From Piromyces finnis finn (Eukaryota; Fungi; Neocallimastigomycota): a stretch of DNA of 64,000 nt. The position numbers were made by a program, and so were the translations under genes. Shown here piece after piece: positions 35,689-49,622 of the stretch (positions within the stretch are counted from its first letter, which is position 1; every line of letters starts with the position of its first letter). The DNA lies in assembly GCA_002104945.1 (NCBI GenBank), contig MCFH01000003.1, forward strand, positions 1,054,001-1,118,000, given 5' to 3'. Below the pieces are notes generated by a model. It was not told the DNA's origin, searched no databases, and worked only from the letters and a program-made list of their open reading frames with translations.

Positions 35689-37201
35689 TAAAACTTTTTA
35701 TGTTGACTATTGTAATAGTGCTGATCTTTCAAATTCTGAAAAAAAAAGGAAACATTGCTTTTAAAAATGATGATTATAAGAAAGCATTTGAATTTTACAA
35801 AAAATCTATAGGTAATTAGAAATATTTTTTTTAGTTCATTATCTATCATCATTCATTATTATTATTATAATAAAAAGTCATAATAATAATTTAATATTAC
35901 TTAATAATTGTATAGAACTTAATAGAGAAAATAATGAATCTTATTTCAATAGAGGTTTAGTTTATATGAAACTTTTTAAGTATGAAAAAGCCATTGAAGA
36001 TTTTAGGAATGCTTATAGATACGATAATCAATATATTAAAGCAATTAATAACTTGTCAATTTGTTATCTTCAAATACTTGAACCTGAAAAAGCTTTAAAT
36101 GAAATTGGAAATATTGATTTCCATTCAGATAGCAATTGCGTTAAAACATATAATATATCTAAAAAATTACATGACATGTATAAGGAAATTCGTAATTATT
36201 CCTTCAATTATGAAAAGTCTATAGAAAAATATAAATTATTGCTTGATGAATATCATAATTACAAGATTTCTGGTTATATTGATGTTTTAATATATAAAAA
36301 AATTGCAAGTTTATATCAAAATGTATGTTGTATTAATGGTATATATACTTTTTTTTATTTAAAAAAAAGTTATAAACTAACTATATCTTTTTTTTTTACT
36401 ATTTAATTATAGTTGAACAAAACTAAAGAATGTATTATCCATATTTCCATTTCAATCGAAATGCTAGAAAAAAAAGTAATTAAAGACAATAATCCTACAG
36501 CTTCTACTTATAAGGAATCTGACTTTTGTGATCTTTTTATTGATCTATTTAAAATTAGAGCTAAAAGTTATTTTGATGACAAAAACTATCAAAAAGCTTA
36601 TGAATATTATAAAGATCTTTTCCATATGTGTCCATATGATCATGGTAAATAAGAATATTAATTAAAATATAATTAATATTGATAGTATATAATTATTAGG
36701 AAAAAAAAATTAAATTTTCTTTTTTTTTTTTTTTTTTTTTTTCCTATAATGAATAATATATTTAAATATTATTAGACATTGAAAACAATATGATATTTGC
36801 ATATATGCATAGAAATAATTCTTCTTCTTCTTCTTCCAGTTCTAGAAATTCAAGCAGTGGTTATAATTTATAACAGTTACTCAAACAGTGGTTATAATAA
36901 TTATAACAGTTATTCCAGCAATGGAAATAATAGCTACAACAATAATTCAAATTCTAACTCAAGAAGGGAAAGAAAAAAGGGTTCAAATTCTTATAGTGAA
37001 TATGAATGCTGTACTATTCTTGGTTTAGATCAAAATAATAATCCAACTATTAAAGATATTAAAAATGCATATCGTAAACTTGCCCTTAAATATCATCTAG
37101 ATAAATGTAAAGATGAAAACTTAAGAAAGGAATACGAAGAAAAAATGAAAGAAATTAATATTGCTAAAGAAACTTTAATGAAAATCAAAGGCAAAAATTG
37201 A
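32739..37201 (+). pseudogene. DNAJC7-like TPR-repeat array plus C-terminal J-domain, splice-compatible with the upstream XRN exons
   Basis: TPR motifs HYIKRATTNLKMYKY...CVKAY, EAL..KTKLLY, EKGNNSF...ALDFYNKS, SYFNRGLAYM..EKAIEDF. J-domain ILGL...DIKNAYRKLALKYHLDK...EEKMKEINIAKETL. An apparent -2 frameshift near 36876 uncouples the J-domain. Confidence 0.85.
34034..36328 (+). repeat. Intragenic tandem duplication of a four-exon TPR module (~34034-35174 and ~35233-36328)
   Basis: Homologous exon series with the same intron positions. 34783-35174 and 35937-36328 (392 bp) differ at one base by eye, while the upstream exons are clearly diverged. Confidence 0.9.
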
Positions 37202-37840
37202 TTTATTGTATTTTTCAACATATCATTAATTTCTTTAATAATAAATATTGAAAAGAATAATATTTTGTTTTAAAGAAATAGAAATTATATATATATTTTA
37301 AAAAAAAAAAAAAAATTAAAAATAATATATATATTTAGTATTTAATTAGAAAATAAGGACTTTTATATTATTAAATACAACATACATAAAGTAGTTAAAA
37401 ATGATATTAAATACAATATTTTTATAAAATATATAGAAAATTAAACAATTAAATTTTAAAAAAAAGAAAAATAATAATTATAATTTTATATTATTTAAAT
37501 AAAAAATTATAATTGTATTAAGTATAAAATATAATAAAAAGATAAAAAGGGAAAAAAATAAATTGACCATTTTCTAATTTATATTTTATGTGTATTATCA
37601 AGTATTTTTTATTTTTATTAAAATATACTTTTTTCTTACTAAAACTATCCCTTTTGTGAAAAGGGATGCTTGAATTAATTTTCAAATATATTAAAACATA
37701 TGATAATAAATAAAGTTCAAAAGGTACAACATAGAAAACATATAATTCATGTAATTAGTATTACTTTACCCTAGTATAAAATATTGATATTATTATAAAA
37801 TTCTAATAAAGATATTTTAATAAATAATAATTAAACTATA

Positions 37841-38170
<330 letters not shown>

Positions 38171-38355
38171 AAGGATAAGAAAAGAATGTAAATAACAAAC
38201 TAGAAAGAATTAAACTTTTAATGCATTTTTTTTTTATTTTATTTTATTCATTTTCTGATAGTAATATTTTTTTTTATCTTATTTTAAAAAAATTTATATT
38301 TTAATAAAAGTATTATTAATTTTAATATTAATCACCAATTTTATACTTTCTTTAA

Positions 38356-39730
38356 CTATTTGTATAAGTATACTTTTAATTTTTGATTTGGATTATTAAT
38401 ATTATAATTCCCAATTTCCTTTCTTAAATTTTCATACTTTACTGAACTACTTAAGGATAGAGGTAAAATATATAATTTTTCTAATGATGGTGCGGCTTCA
38501 ATTAATTTTGGTAAAAATCCTAATGAACCTATTTTAACGGAAGCAATTAAAGTTAATATTTTTAAATGAGGCATCTTTTTAACTGCTTTTGTTAATTGAA
38601 ATCTACTTATTTCATATTTACTTTTATAATATATATATATATATTATTATTATTATTTATTTGTTTTTTTAAATTATTATTATATATTTTATTAAATACT
38701 TACTCATAGTCAGAATTATCAATTTCTAAATATTCAATGTTATTACAACAGATTTTATTGATTTTAAATATATCTAAATTTATCGTATTTGATATGGTAA
38801 AAGAAAATTTTTTTAATTTCAAAGAACTCAATAATAATTGTTGAATTCCTTTATTTGTAACTGAATTACAATGCTTAATTTCTAATACTTCCAAATCATT
38901 TTCTTTTGAATACCTGGACCACTCAATGAAAAAATTGTCAACAACATTAGCGTGATTTAATTGTAATATTTTTAATTTTGGACAACAATTAATTAAATAT
39001 GTATATCCCAATTTTGTAAACCGAACTTGTCTTCCGATATAGAGGTGAATCAATTTTTTACTATTCATAACAATATTTTGTATTGAAATGTCTGTTAAAT
39101 TATTATTTGAAATTAATTTTAAAGATAATAAATTTGGTACACTTTTAAGAAGACAATTTAATGAATTATCTTTTTATTTTTATTATTATTATTGTTATTA
39201 TTGTTATTATTATTATTAAAAAATTTTAATTTTAAAAAGGTTAATTATTTTCAGTAAATATAAAATGGATCACCTATTAATATAAATAATTAAAAGAATT
39301 AAATTATATTTTTAATTATAATTATACCTGTTAACATTCTACAATCTTCAAGTTTTAGTGATTCCAAATTTAATTGAGAATCTGATAAAAGATAGATATC
39401 GTCATTGGAAGGATAACAAATGCTTGATATGTGTAAATGCTTTACAAAATAATAATAGTTCCTTATTAAAAAAAAGTTTGTTTCATTATGACCATAAGTC
39501 TGTTGTCTTTCGTACGATTCAAAAATTGTATTTAAGAATTTTAAAAAACTTTCTTTTGACTTAAAGTGTGGATTTGTATATATTAATTCAAATAAGGCAA
39601 TAAACCATGATTTATTTACCAACATACATGAATGTAATATTTTATAGTATTCTTCTAAATTATTACTATATTCAAAATAAACATTTTTCAGTATTTTATA
39701 TAATATTTCTCTTGGAATAATCCCTTTCAT
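38356..39730 (-). CDS. F-box/leucine-rich-repeat protein; exons 39730-39328, 39169-38704, 38620-38356
   Basis: IPREILYKILKNV...HSCMLVNKSW (F-box-like), then LRRs LESLKLEDC, CPKLKILQL, LEVLEIKHCNSVTNKGI, PSLEKLYI. Splice phases consistent. Confidence 0.85.
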
Positions 39731-40615
39731 ATTGTTTTGTTTGTCTTTATAATAACCGAAATAAAATTATTAAATTGTATCAAATCCCAATTTAAATTTA
39801 AATATATATATTTTGTGTAGTAATTTTAATAAATTATATAATTATAGTTTATAATTTTATAAAAAAAAATTAAAATTTTTCAACTTTGGTTTAACTATTA
39901 TTTAATATACAATTTTTTTAAGTTTTCTTTTATATATACATATTATGTATATGTATATATATTTAAAAAAAAAGAGTTAAATTAAAATCTTTTAAAGTGA
40001 ACATTGACTAATTATTATTATTATTATTTTTTTTTTAATTTTAAATTATTATTTAATAATAAAAAAAAAAAAAAAAATTAAGATTTTTTAATAATAAACT
40101 CTATTAAATATCAAAAATAATATTTAAAGTTTGGTTAAAAAAAAAATATTTTTTAAATATAAACTTGAAAATCTGGTTAAATGATTAAAATTGTTTTCTT
40201 TTCTTTTTCTTTTTTTAGCAATTAACTAAACTACGAATTATAATAACCATAAGCAAGAAATAAAAAAGTATATTATTATCTCTCTCTTTGTATATATATA
40301 TTTAGAACATTTAAAATCTATAATCAAATTATTTTAATTAAAAGATGATGGTACATTCAAATAGAAAATATATTAGTTAATATAGGAATATCAAAAAACT
40401 AAAATTGATAAAAAATAACATTTTTAATTTATTTTTAAAAATTGAACTAGTATATAAATAAAGATGTACTTTGAGTAAAGTTAAATACAACATATACATA
40501 TATAGTAGAGTATAAAGAAGAAGAAAACTCTAAAATATTTCATATAAAATCCTTTCACATTACTTTTACTTTATTATAAAATACACAAGAATTAAATTTA
40601 ATTTCAAGCTATTTT

Positions 40616-40664
<49 letters not shown>

Positions 40665-40859
40665 AACATTATTTTAGTGATAGAAAAAGGATACATACAT
40701 TTTTAAAAATTTATAAAGTATAAAACATTTATTAAACTATATTATATGTATAATGTAAAAATGTATATATATATATATTTTTTTTCCTTTTTTTTAGTCA
40801 TAAATACCTTTTAATTGACATAAGCTATATTTTTATTTATTTAAAAAAAGTTTGATACT

Positions 40860-43800
40860 ATGACAAATGAATTTAATATAAAGGATATGAATTTTACCGA
40901 ATTACTGGATAAAGGATGGTTTGAAATAGAAACTAAACCAAAATCTTATAAAGAAGATTTAATGGTTGAAGTAGAGGATAAGAGAAAAAAAGGAGGGTAC
41001 ATATTAAACAATATATATAATAATATATATTAAATAATATATATTTTAAATTAAAACTAATGAAATTCCATTAAATTCAATTTTTAAATTTTATATAGTA
41101 TAGCAATGAAAGTAATTATTGATCAGTCTGTATACAATATGTTATTGTCACAGGTATTATCTGATAAATATAATAGTGTATTAGGATATTTAGGAGGTTC
41201 CTTTATTAGTATTCCGAACAGTAATGTTAATAATAGTAGTAATATATCAAATAAAAAAGATGATTATCATATATGTCATATAACTCATTATATCAGTTCA
41301 GAAAGGTATTTATTTTATTTATAAAGTAAAAAGGGAATCAACCATTAAATTAAAAAAAAATACTATAAAAATATTAATATTAGGAAAATTGGTGATTTAA
41401 TTACTAATAATCTTAATGAGGTGGATACTTCATTTATGGATGCTGTTCAATATTTCGAATCTAAAAAAGTTAATTGTGTTGGTTGGTATAAAAGGTATGT
41501 ATATTTTAATATTAAAACTATTTTAATAATAAAAAAAATTAAATAAATCTAATCTTTTTTTTTTCTAGTAATTCAATTAATAAAGTTTTACTACCTACTT
41601 TTAATGATATAGCAAAACAAGCAAGACTTCAACAACTTGTAATAATAATAATAATATATCAAATATTTATTAAAATTTAAATAAAATCTTACAGTATAAC
41701 TTTAAATTTTTATTAAATTATTTTATTAAATATCTTCCTTATAATATCAAAAGATACCAAATAGTGTTGCTGTATTACTATCATCAAATCATTTAAATAA
41801 AAACTCAAAAGAAAATAAAATAATATCAGAAGATTCAAAAATAATGCTAATTTATCAAATATATTTGAAAGATGTAAAAAATAATGAAGTAAACCTAAAA
41901 ATACTGGATAATAACAATAAAAAAATTGATATATCCACAATCAATTATAATCCGTTTGAGAATTTATTATTCCATAAAAATCTAAAATATTATTGCATTC
42001 CTTATGGAGTAGAAGCTAAATTATATCCTAGTGTTGATAACATGGAAAATAATCAAAAAAGTTTATTGGTATTTATTTAAATTATTTTATTTTCACCTTT
42101 TAAATTTTTAAACTTTTTATTGTGAATATTAAATTTATTATTATTTCTGTAATATATATACATCATATCAATTTCAATTAAAAAAAAATATATCAAACAT
42201 TTTCATATGATAAAATATAAATTAATGGAAGATATCACTTAAAGAATCAAGAGAAGCGTATGTAAGTCAAGTTGTTGAAGCAAAATCCAGAATTGGTCAA
42301 AAAATGTTTATTGATGCAGAGTATGAATCGTTTTTAATGAAGTATTGGAAAAATAATGTTTTAAATTCAGGTCATTATATTGATCAGTCATTTAAAAATC
42401 TTTCTTTGAAAAAGTTTCAATTGAAGAAAATGATAAATTTAAGATTAAATACTTTATATAATATGAATTATAAAAACAAATTTGATGCTTCATCACAACA
42501 TAAATATCATATCATTGAAAGTATAAACAAAGAATTGAAAAGGGTAATTATTATAGTTCTAATATTATATTTATTACATAATGTAAAATCTATATTAGAT
42601 ATTTTAATATATTGACATTTAATTATTTTAATTATTATTATTATTATTATGTGTTATCAAATTTTTTTTAAAAGTTGACGTTTTGTAATTCATTTAAGAA
42701 ATATGCTAAAGATTATTATAAAAATTGTGATTATGTATCAAAAATCAATGCTATAAATTCAATTAAAATAAAAGAAGATGTAAAGAATCTATTAAAGGAA
42801 AATGATCATGAAAATTCATCCATTACTTCAGTATCTTCTACTAATAATAACAACATGAAAGAAACAAAAATAATAGAAAAAACACCAAAAGTTAAATCAA
42901 TATCTGATGAAAGTAATAAAAACAATAAATCACGTATTAATAATCGTGATATAGGAGCTGTTCATGAAACGAATAACATAAAATTACCTTTTGATAATAT
43001 TCCTGAATCCAGTTCAATAAAAATGGATAAAAATAAAGAGACAGAAACACAAATTTTAAATACTATTGAAAATGATGCTGTAAGTGATAATGATTTAAAT
43101 CTTGACCTATTAAGTGATGGAAATGATGATATTGACGATGTTGATGGAAATAATAAAAATGTATTACTTTCATCCAATACTAACTCAATAAATAATATAA
43201 ATGAGAATAAATTAGATAATAAAAACAATAGTATCACTGGTGATATTACTAAATCCTCTAGAGGTAGCAATGAAAATTCATTCTTTAATCCTGTTCAAAG
43301 TAATGAAATAGTAAATAAGCACAGTTTTTCCATAACTTCAGAAAAATCTAAAGATGATAAGGATAACAAAAATAAAGCAGGAAGTATTGATGCAATAATG
43401 ATCCCAAAGAAGAGAAAAATTAGTTCTAACCTATCTAACGAAAGATTAAATACGGAATTTTTAATTAATAAAAATAATAGTAAAGGCATAGATAAAAATA
43501 ATAAATTCAATAACACAAGTCAAAATATGGAAATAAATGAAATTAAGAAAACTAGAATAAACAACGAAAATAATGTAAGTGTGAATGTTGAAAAGTCGAA
43601 AAACGATAATAAGAATGAGCAACAACAAAAACAACCACAAGAATACGAGCATTCAATATTAGATAATAATAAATCTGAAATAAAACAAGAAGGTTCATCT
43701 CAAATTTTAACGAAAAATAATACTATTACCGTTTCTTCAACTAATACCTGTCCTATTCAATCATCATCAGCATCACCAATAAAGTCAATATTACCTAATA

Positions 43801-46772
43801 GCATACCCCAATCACAAATGTCGCAACAACATCAACCAGCACTAAATCAAAATTCTCAATCGCAACAACAATCACAAATACAAAAACCCTTACTACCAAT
43901 ACAACCTCAACAAAATCAAAGTACATTACAATCAAATCAAACACCATTATCAGCGTATTTCCAACCATCTCAACAACAATATTCATCTTCAATGGCACAA
44001 TCACAAAAATCAAATCTTAAAAATTCGAAATCACAATCTCAACAATCATCTCCTGTAAGTCAACAAAAACAAGGACATTATCAAGTACCATTGCAACCAA
44101 AGTTAAATACTCAAATGCAATACCCAATACCAATGCAACAACAATCACAGCAACAACAGTCTCAATTCCATTCAATGCCACCTACTCCTCAACAATCACT
44201 ACCATCACAGACACCAATAAAACCAAAATTAATGCCATCACTTCCAATTTCTCAATCCGCCTTACCATCTTCACCAACGTTTAACCAACCATCTCAAACT
44301 TCTCAATCGTCAATGTTACAAGGTAAATTCTCTATTCAACAGCAATCACAACAACAAAAGCAGAATCAACCAACAAAAATTCAACCAAAAATCCAAAATA
44401 ATAATAATAATATGCATCAACCATTACTTCCAAGAACTTCTTCTCCTTTGATACAACAACAACATACACCAATGACATCGCCATTATTACAACAATCCCA
44501 AATTTTCCCAATGCAAACTAAACAATCAAATATTTCAATGAATATTCAATCAAATATTCAACAAAATATACCAATAACATCGAAATTACCACCAACAATA
44601 TCTCAATCAATGCCATCACAATCTCAATTACAACCAAACATGTCTTCACCAATAATACAGCAAATACCATTAAGCGCAAAATCACCATTAATTCCACAAA
44701 TGAAAACAACCATGCCATCTCCTCAATTACAGCAAATGCAATTAGCTATGCCATCTCCTCGATTACAACAGATACAACCAACAATGCAATCTTCACAATT
44801 ACTACCAAATATTCAATCTCCACAATTACAACAGGTACAACAAATTCAATCATCAATGCCATCTCCAATTCAACCAATCCATTCAAGACTCTCTACATCA
44901 CAATCTTATTCGATGTCAACATCTTCCCAATCAAAATTGCAAACACCAAATCAAATTAATACTTTACAACCATTACCATATAATTCTCAAAGCACTGCAC
45001 AACAACAACAACAACAACAACAATCATCTCAATATATACCAAATCAAAATCAAAACCAAAGCAATAATTATAGCAACAATAACAACGGTGATAACAATAA
45101 CAATAATACAAAATTATATCCAAATACAAATAATAATGATAATTTAACAAACCCATTAAGTCGAAGATCATCTTATGCAGATAATAGTAATAATGATAAT
45201 AGAAGATCATCAATGTCATCTCAAACATTCATGTATCATAATAAGATGAATGATACATATAATTCTAATAAAATGCAAAATAGACCTATCTTACCATATC
45301 AACAAAATAATATTTCATACAATGATCCTCAAACCAATTATTCTAATAAAGGAATGTATTTAAATGATAATGAAATTCCAAAATCATCTTCCATAGATAA
45401 TAAGCCGATAAATTCACCATTCTCTTCACCAAAATTCCAAAATATTATTCCACAATCAAAGAATGGACAATATTCATTATTAATGGAATCTTCACCATCC
45501 GAAGAAACATCCATTTTCCAACATAAATATCCATCAAATCAAAATTCATTACATGACTCTACCAATAACTCAGATTATAATAATTACAAAAACAATAAAC
45601 CAAAATCTAGTATTCAATCAAATTCTAATCAATCCATAGGTGATGAAAAGCTAATTAGTCAAGGGGTATCAAATGGTTTTTACGATAGAAATATGAATTC
45701 TTTTATTCCACCATCATCAAAATCCATATTAAGACCAAATATTCAGTCACAATCAATAATAACACCAAATGTGACATCTCAATCGATGTCTATGTCTCAA
45801 TCAATGCCATCCCCATCATTTTCACAAATGCATATTCAACTTCAAACATCACAATCTCAATTTAAAAATATAGCAATGTCACAACAACAATCTTCCCAAC
45901 AAACCAATATAATCCATCCAAAACTAAAACCAAAAATACAACCAAAAATTTTACCTATGCCACCTCAATCAAATTCTGCGATTATTCCAAATACACAATC
46001 AAATCAATATCAACAATTTTATCCTATTGGAAATTCAGAACAGAATATTCAAATGACGTCAATGCAACAAACATCAAATTCACCAGCATTCTTTAAACAA
46101 GAGCCTATGAGTAATAATATCAATAATAACAATAACATTAACGATAACAACAATAACAGCATTAATAATAATAATAATGGTAATAATAACATGGACAATT
46201 ATAACAACAAAATAAATAATAGTATGAACAATGATAGTTTAAATAATGATATGGACAATTCTAACAATAGTCATTTTATACCTGTTAATCAAGATATGAA
46301 TCAATCTCGTAATGGTTACGATAATATGAAAATTAAAATTGAAGTTACACATGAAAAGAAAGCAAAGAAAAAGAAAGAGAATAATGAAAGTAATATGGGT
46401 AGTATTTCATCAAGTGATCCGAATCAAATCCAAAGTAATAATCAACAAATTAAGGAAAGAGGTAAAAAGAAGAGGAAAACAATTAAAGACAATTTAATAA
46501 ACATTAATAATGAAAATCTATTATCATTAAATTTAAATAACAATGATAATAACAATAACAACAACAACAATAACAATAGTAATAATAATATCAATAATAA
46601 TATTAATAATAATAACAATAATGATAATAAAGGTTATAATACTAATTATACCAACTTTAATAATATGAATAACAATGATATTATAAATAATAATAATATA
46701 AATAATGTGAATAATAATAATATAAATAATGTGAATAATAACAACATTATGAATAATATGAATAATATGAAC

Positions 46773-46822
<50 letters not shown>

Positions 46823-47151
46823 TAATAATAGTAATATGAACAATATAAATAACGAGAATATGAATAATGTAAATAATAGTATGATAAATAATATGAATAT
46901 GGGAAATATGAATAGTATGAGTAATAACTCCATGAATATGATTAATCATAGTGATAATAATAACAATAATTATTATAACTTCAGCAACAATCATAACAAT
47001 ATTAATGATAATAAGAGTTTAATAAATATGAATCCAGATAATTCATCACAAATAAATTCTAATCCATTTATTCATTCATCACTACCACCACAATCTAGTA
47101 GTACCTATTCCTTAAATTCATTTAGTAATAATTCATATAATAATAATAGCA

Positions 47152-47201
<50 letters not shown>

Positions 47202-47609
47202 TCTCTTTCAGTTAATAATCCGGTACAACAAGGAAAATTATCTAAAGGAAAGAAAAAGCAAAGTAAGAATGAAAATTCAAAACAATCCGTTAAAAGCAAT
47301 ACAAAAAAATATAAAGGACATGTATCTGAATTATTACCAGATCTTTCTAACGTTTCCAAAACTTCATCATCTATTATTAATTCTGTAGTTAAATTGGAGC
47401 CTAATTTCAATAATAATAACAACAGCAACAATAATAATGGATTTATTAATTACAATTATGATAACAATAATAGTAACAACAACAATTATAGTAATAAAAT
47501 GAATAATTCTAACTATTTATATAATAATAACAATAATAATAACATATATAATAATTATAATATGAATAGAAATAATGGTAATAGTAATGATAACAACAAC
47601 AACAACGAC

Positions 47610-47665
<56 letters not shown>

Positions 47666-48959
47666 GATTATAACAGAAGATAAAAATGAACGTAGTGGTA
47701 ACTTACCTAGTATTCAAAACTTACTTAATAATACGTCTGATGATAATAAGTCAAATGAACCTTCTAAGCAAATGGGAATAATGAATATATCCCAAAATTA
47801 TAATTTAAATAAACCGTTAAATCTTCCTAATACATCTTCACAATATATGTCAAATTATTCTCCGGAAAATTCACCAATGCCAATGAATTACACATCATTC
47901 TCCTCAGTTAATTCACCAATACCTCAACAATCTAAATCTTTTTCCCAAAATATAACATCAGAATCTATGTCTATGGATTATAGAAAATCTAGCAATATTT
48001 TACCTAGATTAAATCAATCGTCACAATTAGGAACAAAATCTATGGAAACATCTTCAATGTCGTATAATCCAAGAAAATATAGCAATTCAAATATAGATAA
48101 TGATAACAATATCAATATCAACAACAACAACAACAACAATAATAATAATAATAATGATAATTCATATGGATCTTCTAATAATAATCAATATTCTAATAAT
48201 TATCAAAATTCCTATCAAAATCAATATCAAAATAATAATTTTAATGATAAAAACAATAATAATAATGACAATAACAACAATAATTTCTATCCAGTAAATA
48301 ATTCTAATATGAATGAACAAAATCTTAGAAATAATAATTATAATAATTATAATAATAATAATAATTATAATAATAATAACAATAACTATAATAATAATAA
48401 TAATTATAATAATAATAATTATTATAATAAGAATGCAAACGAAAATATAAACAATAACTATAACAACAACAACAACAACAACAATAATAATAATAATAAT
48501 AATAATCAATACATGAATACTAATAATCAGAATAATAATTATTCTTATGTTAATTCAAATCAATATCAAAATCAAACGTCATCTATGTATAATAATAATA
48601 ACGCATCAAATAATAACTCTTCAAATAATTATAATCAGAATTATTCAAACTCAAATGATAATAATGGTCAAAATTTTTCCTCAAATAATAATTCAATGTA
48701 TAATAATCAATATACCCCGTATCACCAACAACAATCAAATTATAAAAATTCAAACGGATATGAAAATAATTCAAGTAATACCTGTTCTAATCAATATATG
48801 AACAACAATACAAATATGTATGGTAATAACAACAATAATGGTGGCAGTATTAATAATAATAATAACAACAATAATATGAATTATTCAAATCAACAAAATC
48901 AATATAATATGAATCAAAACAATCATTCTTTTTCAAATTCGTATAATAATCAATCTTAA
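40860..48959 (+). CDS. BRCC36/MPND-like MPN-domain protein with degenerate JAMM site and a ~2000-aa Q/S/N-rich tail
   Basis: Short exons encode KVIIDQSVY...VLGYLGG, VGWYKSNS...LPTFNDIAKQ, PNSVAVLLS and ESREAY, followed by the 42675-48959 terminal exon. GT-AG sites present and frames compatible where checked. Confidence 0.75.
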
Positions 48960-49622
48960 AATATTTTGAACTCATAAAAAGTTAAAATAATATAATGTAT
49001 ATTTTTTTTTTTCTTTTCTTTTTCTTTTAAACATTCGTTCTGTGATATAAAAAATTTTGTTTTATCATAATCCTATTTGTTTATATATATATATATTATT
49101 TTATTTTATTTTATTTTATGTATTTATGTTTTTCTAATCAAAATTAAATTGAATTAAAAATTGAAATAATTCAATTTTAATAATGTATGCAACTTTCTTT
49201 TCCTATAAAATTAATCATATAATGGATAAATATTGTAAAAAATAAGAATAGTTTGAATGCCTTCTTTTATAAATTAAAAAGTATATATATTATATATTAT
49301 AGAAATGATAAATATATATTATTTTTAGTAATAATTAAAAGAAGAAATAATAATAAAATATAAATTCTTTTTTTTTTTTATTATTATTATTATTATTTTT
49401 TAGTTTCATTTCTTACAAATTAATAAAAATTTATATAAATCAAATTTAAAGTTTTTAACGTTAACATTATAAAAAATAGCCAATATTTTATAAAAGTTTA
49501 AAGAACATTATTTTTTTTTTTTATTTTTATATTTTTGTTACGAAGAACAAATGCAAAATTTTTATATTAACTCAATAAAAGATATTTTATGATTTTAATA
49601 TTTAATATAATATCAATACAAA

